Virus record (IMG/VR): IMGVR_UViG_3300029611_000001
Span: 89,067 to 137,831 of that record
Direction: 5' to 3' (one strand)
Source: a virus
Lineage: Duplodnaviria; Heunggongvirae; Uroviricota; Caudoviricetes
DNA length: 48,765 nt
The translations under genes and the position numbers were made by a program. Of this stretch, positions 47,349 through 48,765 are shown in pieces. The notes below the pieces were generated by a model. The model saw only the letters and a list, made by a program, of their open reading frames with translations, did not search any database and was not told the origin of the DNA. The number at the start of each line of letters is the position of its first letter. Within the stretch, counting starts at the first letter, position 1.

Positions 47349-48698
47349 ATGGCAGCAGGAGATATCATATTATCAGACGGGACAACGATCACGCCGGAAG
47401 ACTTGCAGAAGATTGCGGCAGCGGTGGAGGATTTGATTGCGTCTACGGCGAAAGATCCGGGGCAGTACGAAGAGGTAAGTTCGCTTACCGGTGTGTCCTC
47501 TCTTCCCGCCTTTCAGGTATTGGGTAGCACATATAAGCTTGTACGTGTTGCTCTGTCTGTCTTGAAGGGGGTAGATGGACGTGAAGTATTCTTGCAGGTA
47601 AATCAGGATAAAACCTATATCCAATGGCGTTATACAGACGGTAATTGGCAGAATCTTGTTGCTTTGTCCGATCTGAAAGGTACTGCCGGTGATACTCCTG
47701 TTTTCCGTACCGGTAGCACAGGCATTGAATGGAAGTACACCAGTGAAGAAGATACAGCTTATCGTGTACTTGTCCCTTACGATGATTTGAAGTTGAAGTT
47801 TTCCGATCTGACATCGGAACAGAAAGACGAGCTGAAATTGCATTTTTCTGATCTGACAGAGACTGATAAGGCCGAACTTATGAAGCCGGCAACGGATGCG
47901 GCAAAAGAGGTTCGTGAACAGATGTCCCAAATTAAGGAGGAAGCTAATACTGCTATATCGAATGTAAACACCGCAAAAGTGAGCGCAGAGGCGGCAACCA
48001 AGGCTGCAAATGATGCCGCAGCTTTAGCAAATGCCGCAGCTGGTCAAGCAACTCAATCTGCCGAAAATGCTAATGCGGCTGTAGAGCGTGCGGATGATAC
48101 CATAGCTTCTGCCGAGACTGCTACAAAATCGGCGACGGATGCAGCTTTGGCCGCAAACACGGCAAAAGAAAATGCAGACAAGGCGGCAAATACAGCCAAA
48201 GCTGCCGCTACTCTGGCCAATGAAAAGGCAGGACTGGCGGATACGGCAGCTTTGGCTGCTAATACGGCAAAGGAAGATACCATAGTCGCAACCGGCAAGG
48301 CCAACACAGCCGCCGACCGCGCCAATCGTGCAGCCGAAGCCGCCGAAGGAGTCATCAGTGGACTGCAACCCGACTGGAACGTTATCGATCCTGTCAATAA
48401 GAACTACATCAAGAACAAACCGGAGATCCCGACGTTAGAGGCTATCCCGGACGAAAATACATTGAGCTATGTCAATACCGACGGTACAACCATCAATTTT
48501 CGTATCGGTGATGATGTGCGTGTAGCGGAAGATGGCGAATATGTATTCTACCGGCTTTATGATCTTGCCGGGGGAAAAGCCTCGTGGCAGGAATCCGGCA
48601 GCGGTACAGCCTTGCCCGGTAATGTTTATCTGACAGGAGCCAATTATTACAATGAATCAGTACGAACGATAAAACAAGGATATTTAAGCAATGAGTAA
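47349..48698 (+). CDS. tail fibre-like protein with Ala-rich coiled coil
   Basis: IQWRY/IEWKY repeats, FSDLT repeats, Ala heptads, QPDWN...YIKNKP. Confidence 0.75.
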   Translation: MAAGDIILSDGTTITPEDLQKIAAAVEDLIASTAKDPGQYEEVSSLTGVSSLPAFQVLGSTYKLVRVALSVLKGVDGREVFLQVNQDKTYIQWRYTDGNWQNLVALSDLKGTAGDTPVFRTGSTGIEWKYTSEEDTAYRVLVPYDDLKLKFSDLTSEQKDELKLHFSDLTETDKAELMKPATDAAKEVREQMSQIKEEANTAISNVNTAKVSAEAATKAANDAAALANAAAGQATQSAENANAAVERADDTIASAETATKSATDAALAANTAKENADKAANTAKAAATLANEKAGLADTAALAANTAKEDTIVATGKANTAADRANRAAEAAEGVISGLQPDWNVIDPVNKNYIKNKPEIPTLEAIPDENTLSYVNTDGTTINFRIGDDVRVAEDGEYVFYRLYDLAGGKASWQESGSGTALPGNVYLTGANYYNESVRTIKQGYLSNE

Positions 48699-48765
48699 GA
48701 AAGGTGCATTTATTTATCAACAGATCGAACTGACGACGGCTGAATGGGCAATCAATACGACGGTC
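48691..48765 (+). CDS. start of fibre protein, Mtd_N/hyaluronidase-N-like (truncated)
   Basis: MSKKGAFIYQQIELTTAEWAINTTV. Confidence 0.5.
   Translation, partial: MSKKGAFIYQQIELTTAEWAINTTV

Noticed and set aside
47880..48350. GC-rich repetitive stretch as a mobile insert
   Set aside because: Explained by Ala-rich heptad coding in a fibre protein
863..48698. Stop-codon reassignment as in some crAss-like phages
   Set aside because: Long genes are intact in the standard code, coding density is high, and TAG/TGA act as real stops

Overview
The whole window is tailed-phage DNA from a Bacteroidota-infecting virus (standard genetic code; Bacteroides-type TAnnTTTG promoter boxes precede most operons). 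It has four parts. (1) 1-860: a truncated ORF and a signal-dense non-coding region with 17-bp motifs, palindromes, G-runs and 32-bp tandem repeats, possibly a terminus, pac site or origin. (2) 863-15368: a mostly minus-strand nucleotide-metabolism and replication arm. It encodes a DHH phosphoesterase, HAD phosphatase, HU-like protein, MmcB-like nuclease, 4 tRNAs, an atypical dUTPase, SSB, sliding clamp, RuvC-like resolvase, ThyA, a DUF2829/Tad2-like protein, a Pif1 helicase and a putative initiator with a structured leader. (3) 15710-35544: a plus-strand crAss-like head module, possibly of the Flandersviridae/Gubaphage type (inference). It has TerL with an Ala1 class 3 intein, portal, scaffold, major capsid and Cys-rich virion proteins, including a 7x71-aa repeat protein and a mosaic lectin-like cassette. 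(4) 35570-48765: an abrupt switch to a siphovirus-type tail module with KilA-N, a tape measure protein and tail tip/fibre genes, and a different regulatory RNA motif. The most notable items are this head/tail junction (natural hybrid or chimeric assembly), several recurrent RNA structures and the repeat protein. All family calls come from motif recognition by eye, not database searches.
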